Source: Alphaproteobacteria bacterium
Lineage (GTDB): Bacteria > Pseudomonadota > Alphaproteobacteria > UBA2966
Length of the DNA: 64,000 nucleotides
Direction: 5' to 3'
NCBI GenBank assembly: GCA_018650465.1
Contig: JABIFY010000107.1
Coordinates: 48,209 to 112,208, forward strand
Under the pieces are notes generated by a model. It was not told where the DNA came from and did not search any database. It was given only the letters and a program-made list of their open reading frames with translations. Position numbers and translations under genes: made by a program. Shown one piece after another: positions 9,558 through 19,572 of this stretch; the first letter of the stretch is position 1; each line of letters starts with the position of its first letter.

Positions 9558-10059
9558 GAACCGCAAAGGTGGGGATCAGATGAGCCAGAGCACAAATATT
9601 GCACCCTCCATCATCAGTGCAAATTTACATATCGTCGGGAATCTGGAAACAGAAGGCGAAGTTCAGGTTGATGGCACGATTGATGGTGATGTCACTGCAA
9701 ACGCCTTGACGATTGGCGAAAATGCCAAAGTCAGCGGCCATATTGTTGCGGATGAAGTTGAAATCCGTGGCAGTATTGAGGGTCGCGTCATGGCTCGTTC
9801 AGTCAAGCTATCCAAATCTGCTCATGTCGTCGGCGATATTGTACATGAAGTCCTGTCGATAGAATCCGGTGCCTATATTGAAGGTCAGTTGCAACGCGCT
9901 GAAAACGTCAAGAAAATTGAGCGAAGCAAACCTGCCTTTGGCAACAAGGCCCAAAAGGAAGCTGATATTCCAGACGCGCCCGCAACTGCGGCCGCTCCGG
10001 CACCTGCTGAGGGTGATGTAAATAACGGTAAAGGTCGCCTCAAGGCTGCCTCTGGCTGA
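9538..10059 (+). CDS. Bactofilin (polymer-forming cytoskeletal protein)
   Basis: Beta-helix repeats SIISANLHIVGNL...VDGTIDGDV...IESGAYIEG; N-terminal MFSK; overlaps the M23 gene by 20 nt. Confidence 0.93.
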   Translation: MFSKTDKNRKGGDQMSQSTNIAPSIISANLHIVGNLETEGEVQVDGTIDGDVTANALTIGENAKVSGHIVADEVEIRGSIEGRVMARSVKLSKSAHVVGDIVHEVLSIESGAYIEGQLQRAENVKKIERSKPAFGNKAQKEADIPDAPATAAAPAPAEGDVNNGKGRLKAASG

Positions 10060-10086
10060 CGCCTGTATTTCTGGCAATCAAATTTC

Positions 10087-10114
10087 AGGCCCGGATTTAT
10101 TCCGGGCCTTTTTT
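10087..10114 (+). terminator. Rho-independent terminator
   Basis: AGGCCCGGA-TTTAT-TCCGGGCCT followed by a T run, between convergent genes. Confidence 0.8.
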
Positions 10115-10121
10115 GTGCAGA

Positions 10122-11048
10122 TTATTCGGCGGCGGCTGGTAGCTTTCGGACTGCCCTGGAAATATCAAGCGCCGCTTCAACGGAGTTTTCATCATCGTGC
10201 GCCATAGCCCGCTCAAGAGCCAGGGCGAGTTGGGGTAATAATTCAAGATCAGATTCACCGATGTTCCCGGTTTCGGCGATCTTGTTGGCGACATCCAGCA
10301 AACTTTCAGACAAAGCCTTTTGATGGGCATATCGCGTATCGCCAATTCGATCGTGTAAATCATTTGCAGTGAATTGCAGTTCGGAAATCAGACGCCCAAT
10401 ATCAACTGAATTCCTGACTTTCGCAGTGGAGACCAGTGCTCCAACCGTGTGGGTTATCCGTGCTGCACTCCGCTCTACCCGCTGTTCCCGGATTGTCTTC
10501 ATGACTTCTATTCCGTTCACGCCACCATCATCACCGGTCACCTGGTAGCGCAAGGGGTTTGGCACCATGATTTGGGGCACCTCCTCCGCATCCGGTCTTG
10601 CTTCCTTGCGTCTGTCAGGACCGATGTAGGTTGATGTAACAACGAAAGGCTTGCGTCGCTCAATCAATACCTCAACAGCGTTTTGCAATTTGCCGACAGA
10701 CATTGGCAAGGTCAAAATCAAATCTGTTCCGGCATTGACGATGCTGTGGATGACTTCAATTGTCGGCTGCCAGGTCAATGTCACAATTGGTAAAAAGGGG
10801 TCTCCATTTTGCTGCATGTCACGCAATTCGCGGATCAAATGAGCAGATTCTCTTTCCGCCAGATAGGCATCACATATCAGCAAGTCGGCTTTGTTGTTTT
10901 GAAGGTGATCACGTGTTTCCGTAATATCTTCACAAAAAGAAATTTTGCGAATGCCGATATCACTCAGGCAATTTTTGATGATATCACGCGATGCCGGCAT
11001 TGAATCGGCGACCACAACATTCACTTCTTCAAATCGATGATATTTCAT
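10122..11048 (-). CDS. Atypical response regulator (REC + YIGPDRR motif + helical C-terminus)
   Basis: REC fold (LLICD); RRKPFVVTSTYIGPDRR; conserved KP replaced by LP. Paralog at 53135-54046. Confidence 0.8.
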   Translation of the reverse strand: MKYHRFEEVNVVVADSMPASRDIIKNCLSDIGIRKISFCEDITETRDHLQNNKADLLICDAYLAERESAHLIRELRDMQQNGDPFLPIVTLTWQPTIEVIHSIVNAGTDLILTLPMSVGKLQNAVEVLIERRKPFVVTSTYIGPDRRKEARPDAEEVPQIMVPNPLRYQVTGDDGGVNGIEVMKTIREQRVERSAARITHTVGALVSTAKVRNSVDIGRLISELQFTANDLHDRIGDTRYAHQKALSESLLDVANKIAETGNIGESDLELLPQLALALERAMAHDDENSVEAALDISRAVRKLPAAAE

Positions 11049-11211
11049 AACTGGAGCAGTTCCTTTCCAAGAATCTCCTGTGCGGCCTCAGCCGCACCGT
11101 CCCCCAAATCAGCCGTGAAACAAAATATGACTGATTTAATAGTGACTCGCAAATAAAATAATTTATGAAAAATTTGTTCTAAATCAAGGAGATATTGATC
11201 TCAGGTGGAGG

Positions 11212-12337
11212 TTATTCTTGCTCTGAGGCACTGCCTGAACCGTCGACACGCTGGGCAAGGGCAGCAGCCATAAACTGGTCAAGATCGCCATCGAGAACGG
11301 CACTTGTATTGCCGGTTTCGACCCCGGTGCGCAGATCCTTGACCATTTGATAGGGCTGCAAGACATAAGACCTGATCTGATGGCCCCAGCCGATATCTGT
11401 CTTGGCATCCATCTCGGCCTGGCGTTTTTCTTCACGCTCCTGAAGCTCAGCTTCATACAGACGCGCCTTCATCATGTTCATGGCGGCCGCCCTGTTTTTA
11501 TGTTGGGAGCGGTCACTTTGGCATTGCACGACGATGTTGGTCGGGATGTGGGTAATGCGGACAGCAGAGTCCGTTTTGTTGATGTGCTGGCCACCTGCGC
11601 CTGATGCCCGGTAGGTATCAATTCGTAAATCGCTGTCGACAATTTCAATTTCGATTTCGTCGTCGATCACGGGATAAATTCCAACACTGGCAAAACTGGT
11701 GTGGCGACGAGCGGAAGAATCATAAGGCGATATGCGCACCAGGCGATGTACGCCGGTTTCGGTTTTCATCCAGCCATAGGCATTTTCACCACTGACCCTG
11801 ATCGTTGCTGATTTCAGGCCTGCCTCTTCGCCTGGACTTTCTTCCAGCCACTCCACCTTGTAACCACGTTTGTCTGCCCAGCGGGTATACATGCGGACCA
11901 ACATCTCGGTCCAGTCCTGGGATTCAGTCCCACCTGCCCCGGCATGAACCTCAAAAAAGGCGTCATTGGCATCAGCTTCGCCGGACAAAAGACTTTCAAT
12001 GCGTTTGGTCTTGGCGATTTCGACCAGTGCTGCCATGGCACTTTCGGCTTCGGCAATGATTTCGTCATCGCCTTCTGCTTCACCCATCTCGATCAGTTCA
12101 AGATTGTCTGCCACACCATCCTGAAGCTCAAGAACAGCCTTGCTCTGGCTTTCAAGGCGGGTGCGTTCCCGCATGACTTTCTGGGCTTTGGCCGGATCAT
12201 CCCACAGGGTTGGATCCTCTACCCGTGCATTCAGTTCTGCCAGACGATCCTGCGCAACATCCCAGTCAAAGATGCCTCCTCAGCAGGTCGAGCGACTGCT
12301 TGATTTCTTCGGCCATGGCCAGGGTTTCGGCTTTCAC
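11212..12337 (-). CDS. prfB: Peptide chain release factor 2, with programmed +1 frameshift
   Basis: GTG 12337 gives [23 protein letters not shown], then CTT-TGA-C. The downstream frame has ISPY (SPF-like) and GGQ motifs. Confidence 0.97.
12265..12280 (-). promoter_or_regulatory. prfB autoregulatory +1 frameshift site
   Basis: Minus strand AGGAGG-CAT-CTT-TGA-C: internal Shine-Dalgarno 3 nt before CTT TGA. Confidence 0.95.
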
Positions 12338-12470
12338 AACTAATTCTCCAAAAGTGAAATAACGCTGTAGATCGACAATTCGGGCTGAAACTACGCGGCC
12401 AACCCATGAGCGTCAATGGTTGCCGCAATGGCTGCGTCAATGCCCGCAACCAAGCGATCAAAATTATCGG

Positions 12471-14873
12471 TTAATAAAGCCCGCCGGTACCGGAACGTGC
12501 CCTTGTGCCCGGCGCTATGGCCATGGTGCCATCCAGCACTGGTCCTGCCGAAGTTGGCTCTGTACCAGGCCTGAAGGCTTCCAGGATCGTATTTCTGTCC
12601 GATGCCCGCGCCAAAACACCCGTGGAAGCATTCACCCGCACAAGACGGATGCCAGGCGGAATACGGAACGGAATGGCTGTTTGGCCCTCCAGGGCTTCCA
12701 GCATGAAATCACGGAAGATCGGGGCCGCGACCGAGGCCCCCTGCTCCCGCCGACCCAGGGTGCGTGGTTTGTCAAAACCGCCGTAAACGCCGACCGCCAG
12801 ATCAGGGGCAAAGCCCATGAACCAGGTATCAACAGAATCGTTGGATGTGCCGGTTTTGCCCGCCAGGGGTTTCTTCACGGCTTTGACGCGTCTGCCGGTA
12901 CCCCGTTCAACGGCCCCTTCCAGCATGGACACAACCTGATAGGCAGTCTGGGGATCGACGACCTTGAGGCGGTCATCCTTGATGGTCGGTGCCGGCTGGC
13001 CATTCCAGCGCACGTCCTGACAGAAGGTGCAGGTTCGGCCATCATGTACAAAGACTGTCTTGCCGCGTTTGTCCTGTATGCGATCAATCAACGTCGGAAT
13101 AACTTTCTTGCCACCATTAACCAGCATCGCATAGGCAGTGGTCAGACGCGTCAACGTCGTTTCACCCGCCCCCAGCGCCATGGATAGCATCTCAGGCATA
13201 TCGTCACTGATGCCAAAACGATTGGCATAATCCCTGACGACTTCCATGCCAATAAACTGGGCCAGACGCACGGTCATCAAGTTTCGGGATTTCTCGATAC
13301 CCAGTCGCAGGGTGCTGGGGCCATAGAACTTTTTGGTATAGTTGGCTGGCTTCCATTTGGGTCTCCCCTCGCCCTGATCAATGACAAAGGGCGCATCCAG
13401 CACCAGACTGGCAGGCGTAAAACCATTTTCCAAAGCGGCGGCATAGATAAAGGGCTTGAAGGCAGAACCTGGTTGCCGCCGGGCTTGCGTTGCACGATTG
13501 AATTCACTGCCACTAAAGTCATAGCCGCCAACCATGGCAAGGACACGTCCCGTATGAGGATCCATCGCCACCAGCCCACCCTGGATTTGTGGGATTTGCC
13601 GCAAGCCATAGAACCCGCGATGTTCGCCGGGCAGTTCCTCGATGGGCACAATATCGCCAACTTTGACGACATCCCGCGGCCACTTGGGTTTGGGGCCAAC
13701 ACGCTGACCTTTGGCCCAGGCTCTGGCCCAGGTAAGTTCAGTCATGGGGATAATGCCGATGGCACCGCTGGCCAGACCAACTTCAACGCCCTCTTCCATC
13801 AAAGTCAGAATGACGCCCATCTTCCAATCGCCAAGACTGCCGGGTTTGGACACAGCGCCAAGTTTTTCTGCCCAGTCGTAACCAATTTCCATTGTGCCCA
13901 GAGGCCCGCGCCAGCCATGACGGCGGTCATAGCTGATCAAACCATTCCGCAAGACCCGCTGAGCGATCTTCTGCAGTCGGGGGTCAAGCGTTGTGCGGAC
14001 CGACAGCCCACCTTCATAAAGACCGGCTTCACCATAGCGTTCGATCAACTGGCGACGGACTTCTTCGGTAAAGTGTTCGGCGGAAACAAACTCGGTCTCC
14101 CGGCCCCGTCGAATGCCAAGCGGCAAAGCCCGCGCCCATTCGGCCTCCCGTTCGGTGACAACGCCGTCTTTAAGCATACGCCCGATCACCCAGTTACGCC
14201 GGGCTGTGGCGGCCTCGGGGCGGCGGATCGGGTGGTAGTTGTTGGGGGCCTTGGGCAAAGCCGCCAGAAAGGCCGTTTCCTCGAGGGTTAATTGATCAAG
14301 CGGCTTGTCAAAATAGGCCAGGCCCGCCGCTGCAACACCATAAGCGCCAAAACCCAGATAAATTTCGTTCAGGTAAAGCTCGAGAATACGGTCCTTGCTG
14401 ATGGCGCGCTCGATGCGAAAGGCAAGTATGGCTTCCTTGGCTTTGCGCTCAATCGATACTTCGTTGGTCAACAGGAAGTTCTTGGCCACTTGCTGGGTGA
14501 TTGTCGAGGCGCCGACAGGACGGCGGTTGCGGGCAAAGTTGGCGATATTTGTCAGAGTGGCACGGGCAATGCTGAAAAAATCAACGCCGGAATGAGAGTA
14601 GAAATTTGAGTCTTCTGCCGACATAAAGGCCCGGATCACACGCTTGGGGATCGCTTCGATGGGCACAAACACCCGTTTCTCGCGGGCATATTCGGCTAAC
14701 AAACCACCATCACCTGCGTGTATTCGGGTCACCGTCGGTGGCTCATATGTTGCCAGCTGCTGGTAGTCCGGCAGTCCACGGCCATAATGATAGAGACCCC
14801 AGACAACGACACCAACGCCTGACAGGGTTACCAGGACAATCATTCCAAACATGGCGGCAAAGAACTTGATCAT
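12471..14873 (-). CDS. mrcA: Penicillin-binding protein 1A
   Basis: Glycosyltransferase motifs (EDSNF, GASTITQQVAKN, RKAKE) and transpeptidase motifs SAFK, SRN, KTG. Confidence 0.96.
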   Translation of the reverse strand: MIKFFAAMFGMIVLVTLSGVGVVVWGLYHYGRGLPDYQQLATYEPPTVTRIHAGDGGLLAEYAREKRVFVPIEAIPKRVIRAFMSAEDSNFYSHSGVDFFSIARATLTNIANFARNRRPVGASTITQQVAKNFLLTNEVSIERKAKEAILAFRIERAISKDRILELYLNEIYLGFGAYGVAAAGLAYFDKPLDQLTLEETAFLAALPKAPNNYHPIRRPEAATARRNWVIGRMLKDGVVTEREAEWARALPLGIRRGRETEFVSAEHFTEEVRRQLIERYGEAGLYEGGLSVRTTLDPRLQKIAQRVLRNGLISYDRRHGWRGPLGTMEIGYDWAEKLGAVSKPGSLGDWKMGVILTLMEEGVEVGLASGAIGIIPMTELTWARAWAKGQRVGPKPKWPRDVVKVGDIVPIEELPGEHRGFYGLRQIPQIQGGLVAMDPHTGRVLAMVGGYDFSGSEFNRATQARRQPGSAFKPFIYAAALENGFTPASLVLDAPFVIDQGEGRPKWKPANYTKKFYGPSTLRLGIEKSRNLMTVRLAQFIGMEVVRDYANRFGISDDMPEMLSMALGAGETTLTRLTTAYAMLVNGGKKVIPTLIDRIQDKRGKTVFVHDGRTCTFCQDVRWNGQPAPTIKDDRLKVVDPQTAYQVVSMLEGAVERGTGRRVKAVKKPLAGKTGTSNDSVDTWFMGFAPDLAVGVYGGFDKPRTLGRREQGASVAAPIFRDFMLEALEGQTAIPFRIPPGIRLVRVNASTGVLARASDRNTILEAFRPGTEPTSAGPVLDGTMAIAPGTRARSGTGGLY

Positions 14874-15059
14874 ATTTCTGTTGTTGTCTGGTTCATTTTG
14901 AGAGCGAGGAAGCTTCTGCGATTACGGCGATTCCGACTTTATCGGAATCGCGTCTGCATTGATATTTGGCGCGTACATTGAGTTTAAAGCAACGCTGCGT
15001 TTCCGTGAAACCCGGAAACGCTCTATCGTTTGAATATGGCATGGATAAGGCAATAGACA

Positions 15060-16310
15060 TCATCGTTTGACAAAATAGCTGTTAATGGCGCGGGTCAGCG
15101 CCGTGACCAGGGCCGCGCGACGGCGGGAGGATCGCAGGATGCGTTCGTCTTCCCGATTTGAAAGGTAGCCCATTTCCACCAGCACTGACGGCACGTCAGG
15201 TGCCTTGAGAACAGCAAATCCGGCAAAGCGATGGCTGCGGCGTAAAACTTTGACGCTTTTGGCCAGTTCATCAATAACCTGGCTGGCAAATGTCGCAGAA
15301 AGGTTCATGGTTTCACGCTGGGCCAGATCAATCAGGATATTGGCCACATCCTTGCTTTGATGACCAAAATCCATGCCGGCAATGATATCAGCCTTGTTTT
15401 CCTTCGCGGCCAGGGCGGCGGCTTCCTTGTCCGAGGATTTTTCGGACAGGGTATAAACACTGGCACCCCGGACACTACGTTTTCGAATACTGTCTGCATG
15501 AAGGGACATGAATAAATCCCCCTTCGCCGCCCTGCCCCGTGCCACACGGTTTCGAAGACGCACAAAAACATCCCGGTCCCGTGTCATCACAACCTTGTAG
15601 CGACCTGTAGCCAGGAGTTTTTTGCGAAGCTCCAGTGCGACTGCCAGGGTGACTTCTTTTTCGTGACTGCCGCTGGCCCCGATAGTACCCGGATCAACGC
15701 CGCCATGCCCGGCATCGATCACGATCACCGGCTTGGGGTTGGCCTTGCGGGCCCTGCTGGTTTGCAACGGTGTCGTTTTTTTGGAGGGCTTTGCAGCAGG
15801 CTTTGACTTTGGTGTTGCGATCAAACGCCTGAAGTCACCGGACTGAACGGCGACCAGATCAACAACAAAGCGATATTTCGACGACCCCTTGGGCGGCAGA
15901 ATGAAGGCCCTGTGCACTTTGACCGGATTTGTTACGTCAATAACAATGCGCGATGTGCCTGCTTCGAACAGACCAAACCGCATACCCTTGATCAAACCTT
16001 TGTGATATTGCGCGTCCGGTCGGGTCTGCCAGGCCACCTCAGGTAAATCGATGACCACGCGATAAGGTTTGTCGAGAACAAAGACCTGAAAATCAACTCC
16101 TTGGGTCATATCCAGGACCAGTCGGGTCTTGTCTGTATGCACACCGGTTCGCACACTGGTGACGACGGCCTGTTCCGCCAAGGCAGAAGAAACCTGGAAA
16201 AGGCCCGCCAACACAGGCAAACACACCATGATAGTGCGCAAAAGATTTGATCCTGGCACGTTTTCCGGGCAAAAAAGTCCTTGACGGATCTTGCGGAGTA
16301 TCAGCAACAT
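15060..16310 (-). CDS. amiC: N-acetylmuramoyl-L-alanine amidase (AMIN + Amidase_3); start uncertain (16310 or 16229)
   Basis: IDAGHGGVDPG, EKEVTL, SLHADS, VLVEMGYLSN; two AMIN RxVxD repeats. Confidence 0.92.
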   Translation of the reverse strand: MLLILRKIRQGLFCPENVPGSNLLRTIMVCLPVLAGLFQVSSALAEQAVVTSVRTGVHTDKTRLVLDMTQGVDFQVFVLDKPYRVVIDLPEVAWQTRPDAQYHKGLIKGMRFGLFEAGTSRIVIDVTNPVKVHRAFILPPKGSSKYRFVVDLVAVQSGDFRRLIATPKSKPAAKPSKKTTPLQTSRARKANPKPVIVIDAGHGGVDPGTIGASGSHEKEVTLAVALELRKKLLATGRYKVVMTRDRDVFVRLRNRVARGRAAKGDLFMSLHADSIRKRSVRGASVYTLSEKSSDKEAAALAAKENKADIIAGMDFGHQSKDVANILIDLAQRETMNLSATFASQVIDELAKSVKVLRRSHRFAGFAVLKAPDVPSVLVEMGYLSNREDERILRSSRRRAALVTALTRAINSYFVKR

Positions 16311-16859
16311 GTAGCGTGGCCTTTGGTCATTACCACCACATATAATGCAAAATGACCAGATTTGGCAATCATTATACAATTTTATCAGGTCGTAAGGAGA
16401 CAACAACAGGCGGCGAGAAGTAAATCAGTTTTGATATGGCTATTCTGGCAAACTGTGTCTATGATGCCGCTGCGAATCTCTGCGGTCAGCTTGAGCCTGA
16501 GTATATGGGAACAAGCGGCGCGGAAACCGATGAAGGAGCAAGAAGGCAGGAAAACGGGGGTTTGTGAACGTGACGAACCAGGGATTATTTCCCTGATAGT
16601 GGTTCACATGACGTTTGAAAAAGCGTTTTTCCGTTAGCCTGACACCGAACTTCCAACCGGTTACCGGCGCTCAAGACGATGCAGGGTTAATTTGAACTGC
16701 GATACTGGCCCCTGACAAACCGCGGTGCGGTTGTCAGTGTTTGCTACTCCCCGATGAATTCGGGTCAGCAGGCTTGGTGCACCAGTGTTGCCACTTACAT
16801 AGCGGCTTCCCGCCGGTTGTTGTTCGCGCGAACAGCGGGATGTCCAAAGGTGTTAGCTT

Positions 16860-19481
16860 ATGGCTACGCGTATGTTAATTGACGCGGCCCACCCTGAAGA
16901 AACCAGGGTTGTCGTTGTCCGGGGCACTCGCCTCGAAGAATTTGATTTTGAGTCTGCGACCAAGCAACAGCTCAAAGGCAATATTTATCTGGCAAAAGTC
17001 ACACGGGTTGAACCGTCGCTGCAAGCGGCGTTCGTCGACTATGGTGGAAACCGCCACGGCTTTTTGCCCTTCAATGAAATCCATCCGGACTATTACCAGA
17101 TCCCCATTGCTGACCGTCAGGCCTTGCTTGAGCAGGAAGCCTGGGAAGGTGCAGCGGAAGTTGCCGAAGACGAAGCCGCTGCCGGGCGTTCAGCTGATTC
17201 AAACGGCGACAGTGACAATGCGGATGCAAATTCTGAAGTCACAGAGATTGAAATCAGTGACGGTGCCACGGAAATCCAGGGTGAAGCTGAAGACGGTGAT
17301 GACAGTGAAACTGTCGCGGCTGCCGATAGCGGCGAAACAGCAACTGATGCAGATTCTGGAATTGAAGTTTCCCAAGATGCTGAAAATGACGACGGCGCTT
17401 CTGATGCCGACGTTGAGGCCCAGACAGCCGATGACGACAGTGCCGATGCTGCTGGTGAAAAAGTGCGCAAATCTGTTGAGGCTTTGGGCGGGGACGAACT
17501 GGATGAAGTCATTCAGCCACGCCGTCGTGCCCAGCGCCGCTACAAAATCCAGGAAGTCATCAAGCGTCGCCAAATCATTCTGGTACAGGTCGTCAAGGAA
17601 GAGCGCGGCAACAAGGGCGCTGCACTGACCACCTATCTGTCACTGGCTGGCCGCTATTGTGTATTGATGCCCAACACAGCACGTGGTGGCGGTGTCAGTC
17701 GCAAGATTACGTCGCAGTCGGATCGCAAAAAACTGAAGTCCATCATCGATGGACTGTCGGTGCCGGAAGGCATGGGCCTGATTGTCCGCACGGCCGGACA
17801 GGCACGCAGCAAAGCCGAAATCAAACGCGATTACGAATATCTGTTGCGCCTGTGGGACAGTGTGCGGGCGCTGACGCTGGAGAGCACGGCCCCTGCCCTG
17901 ACGTACGAGGAAGCCAATCTGATCAAACGATCGATCCGTGATCTTTATACCAAAGAGATCGACGAGGTTCTGGTCGAAGGTGAAGAAGGTTACAAGGCCG
18001 CCAAAAACTTCATGAAAATGTTGATGCCGTCCCACGCAAAACGGGTTCAGCCTTATATAGATCGCATTCCCCTGTTCCATCGCTACAAGGTCGAACAGCA
18101 ATTTGATTCCATGCACAGCCCGACGGTTCAATTAAAGTCCGGCGGCTATATTGTGATCAGTCCAACAGAAGCCCTTGTGGCTATCGATGTGAACTCCGGT
18201 CGTTCGACCAAGGAACGCAACATCGAAGAAACAGCCTATCGCACGAACCTGGAAGCAGCTGAAGAAGTTGCCCGCCAGTTACGTCTGCGCGATCTGGCCG
18301 GACTTGTTGTGATCGATTTCATCGATATGGACGAATCACGCAATGCCCGCAATGTTGAACGCCGCATCAAGGATAAACTGAAGTCAGACCGCGCCCGCAT
18401 TCAGGTCGGTCGCATCAGTCCTTTTGGTCTGCTGGAAATGTCGCGTCAGCGTCTGCGGCCAAGTTTGCAAGAAGCCAGCACAGAGGTTTGTAATCACTGC
18501 GAAGGCACGGGCGTTGTCCGTTCCATCGAAAGCTCTGCCCTTCACCTGCTGCGCGCCATCGAAGAAGAAGGCATTCGCGGTCGGGCTGCGGAAATCAATG
18601 TGCACGCCGCCACGGCAGTTGCGATTTACCTTCTTAATCAGAAACGCTCGTCCGTGCTGACACTTGAAGAACGCTTCAACATGGATATTTCGGTTGCAGC
18701 AGACGAAAGTCTTGTGCCACCGGATTTCCGCATGGAACGTTTGCACAGTCGCAGCGACGACGAAATGGAAGCCATTGCGTCTGACGTTGTCAGCATGGTC
18801 GCCTACGATGATCCTGAAGACGACGTTGAAGAAGAAGTCACGGAAACCCGCGACGAAGAAAGCGACGAAGGTGCTGCGAAAAAGCGTCGGCGTCGTGGCA
18901 AGCGCGGGGGCCGTCGCAGACGTGGCGCCAACGAAGAAGAAACGTCAACGGAAGAAAACAGTAACGGTGATGCCGCCGAAGCCAAACCTTCTGAATCAAA
19001 GGCTTCTGAAGAAGCCTCTTCGACAGAAAATACGCCGGAGAATACTGAAGAAGGCGAAAAAGAAGACAAGCCTCGTCGCCGTCGCCGTCGTCCACGTCGT
19101 CGCAGAGGTGCCGCCAACAACAATGCGGAACCAGGTGCTGAGGCAACTGCTGAAGCAAGTACAGAGACTGCCGAGGGAAGTACGGCAGTGGCGACGGAAA
19201 ATGCTGAACCGGTTGTGGCTGAAGTTGCTTCTGAGAAAGCCCCGGAAGTTGAAACGGCTGAACCAGTTGCTGCTGAGCCTGTTGCAGTTGAACCTTTTGT
19301 TGAAGAAACAGTAGCGCCGATTGCTGCTGTTGAAACGACACCGGTTGAAGTATCTGAGCCAGAACCCGCAGCCGCGGTTGTTGAACCTGTTAACACGGAT
19401 CCGGTAACTGTCTCAGCAGGTGGCGCAGAAGAAAAAGAAGAAGCCAAACCCCGTAAAAGGGGTTGGTGGCGTCGCGACTGA
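16860..19481 (+). CDS. rne: Ribonuclease E
   Basis: RMLIDA..EETRV, GNIYLAKVTRVEPSLQAAF, IDVNSG, IDFIDM, CxxC Zn link, disordered charge-patterned C-terminus ending GWW. Confidence 0.97.
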   Translation: MATRMLIDAAHPEETRVVVVRGTRLEEFDFESATKQQLKGNIYLAKVTRVEPSLQAAFVDYGGNRHGFLPFNEIHPDYYQIPIADRQALLEQEAWEGAAEVAEDEAAAGRSADSNGDSDNADANSEVTEIEISDGATEIQGEAEDGDDSETVAAADSGETATDADSGIEVSQDAENDDGASDADVEAQTADDDSADAAGEKVRKSVEALGGDELDEVIQPRRRAQRRYKIQEVIKRRQIILVQVVKEERGNKGAALTTYLSLAGRYCVLMPNTARGGGVSRKITSQSDRKKLKSIIDGLSVPEGMGLIVRTAGQARSKAEIKRDYEYLLRLWDSVRALTLESTAPALTYEEANLIKRSIRDLYTKEIDEVLVEGEEGYKAAKNFMKMLMPSHAKRVQPYIDRIPLFHRYKVEQQFDSMHSPTVQLKSGGYIVISPTEALVAIDVNSGRSTKERNIEETAYRTNLEAAEEVARQLRLRDLAGLVVIDFIDMDESRNARNVERRIKDKLKSDRARIQVGRISPFGLLEMSRQRLRPSLQEASTEVCNHCEGTGVVRSIESSALHLLRAIEEEGIRGRAAEINVHAATAVAIYLLNQKRSSVLTLEERFNMDISVAADESLVPPDFRMERLHSRSDDEMEAIASDVVSMVAYDDPEDDVEEEVTETRDEESDEGAAKKRRRRGKRGGRRRRGANEEETSTEENSNGDAAEAKPSESKASEEASSTENTPENTEEGEKEDKPRRRRRRPRRRRGAANNNAEPGAEATAEASTETAEGSTAVATENAEPVVAEVASEKAPEVETAEPVAAEPVAVEPFVEETVAPIAAVETTPVEVSEPEPAAAVVEPVNTDPVTVSAGGAEEKEEAKPRKRGWWRRD

Positions 19482-19532
19482 TTGTTTTTGGTCGCACGAT
19501 ATTAGTTGCACGTGCCATTCGCACGACAAATC

Positions 19533-19564
19533 AAAGGGGACAGTCCAGGCTGTCCCCTTTTTTT
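19533..19564. terminator. Probably bidirectional Rho-independent terminator
   Basis: AAAGGGGACAG-TCCAGG-CTGTCCCCTTT plus T run, between convergent rne and maiA. Confidence 0.85.
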
Positions 19565-19572
19565 ATGACCGT

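Noticed and set aside
11212-12337. prfB as a truncated gene or pseudogene
   Set aside because: Explained by the canonical programmed frameshift.
14920-15025. Two hairpins between amiC and mrcA as an ncRNA
   Set aside because: No U-tract or family signature; could be ordinary intercistronic stability elements.
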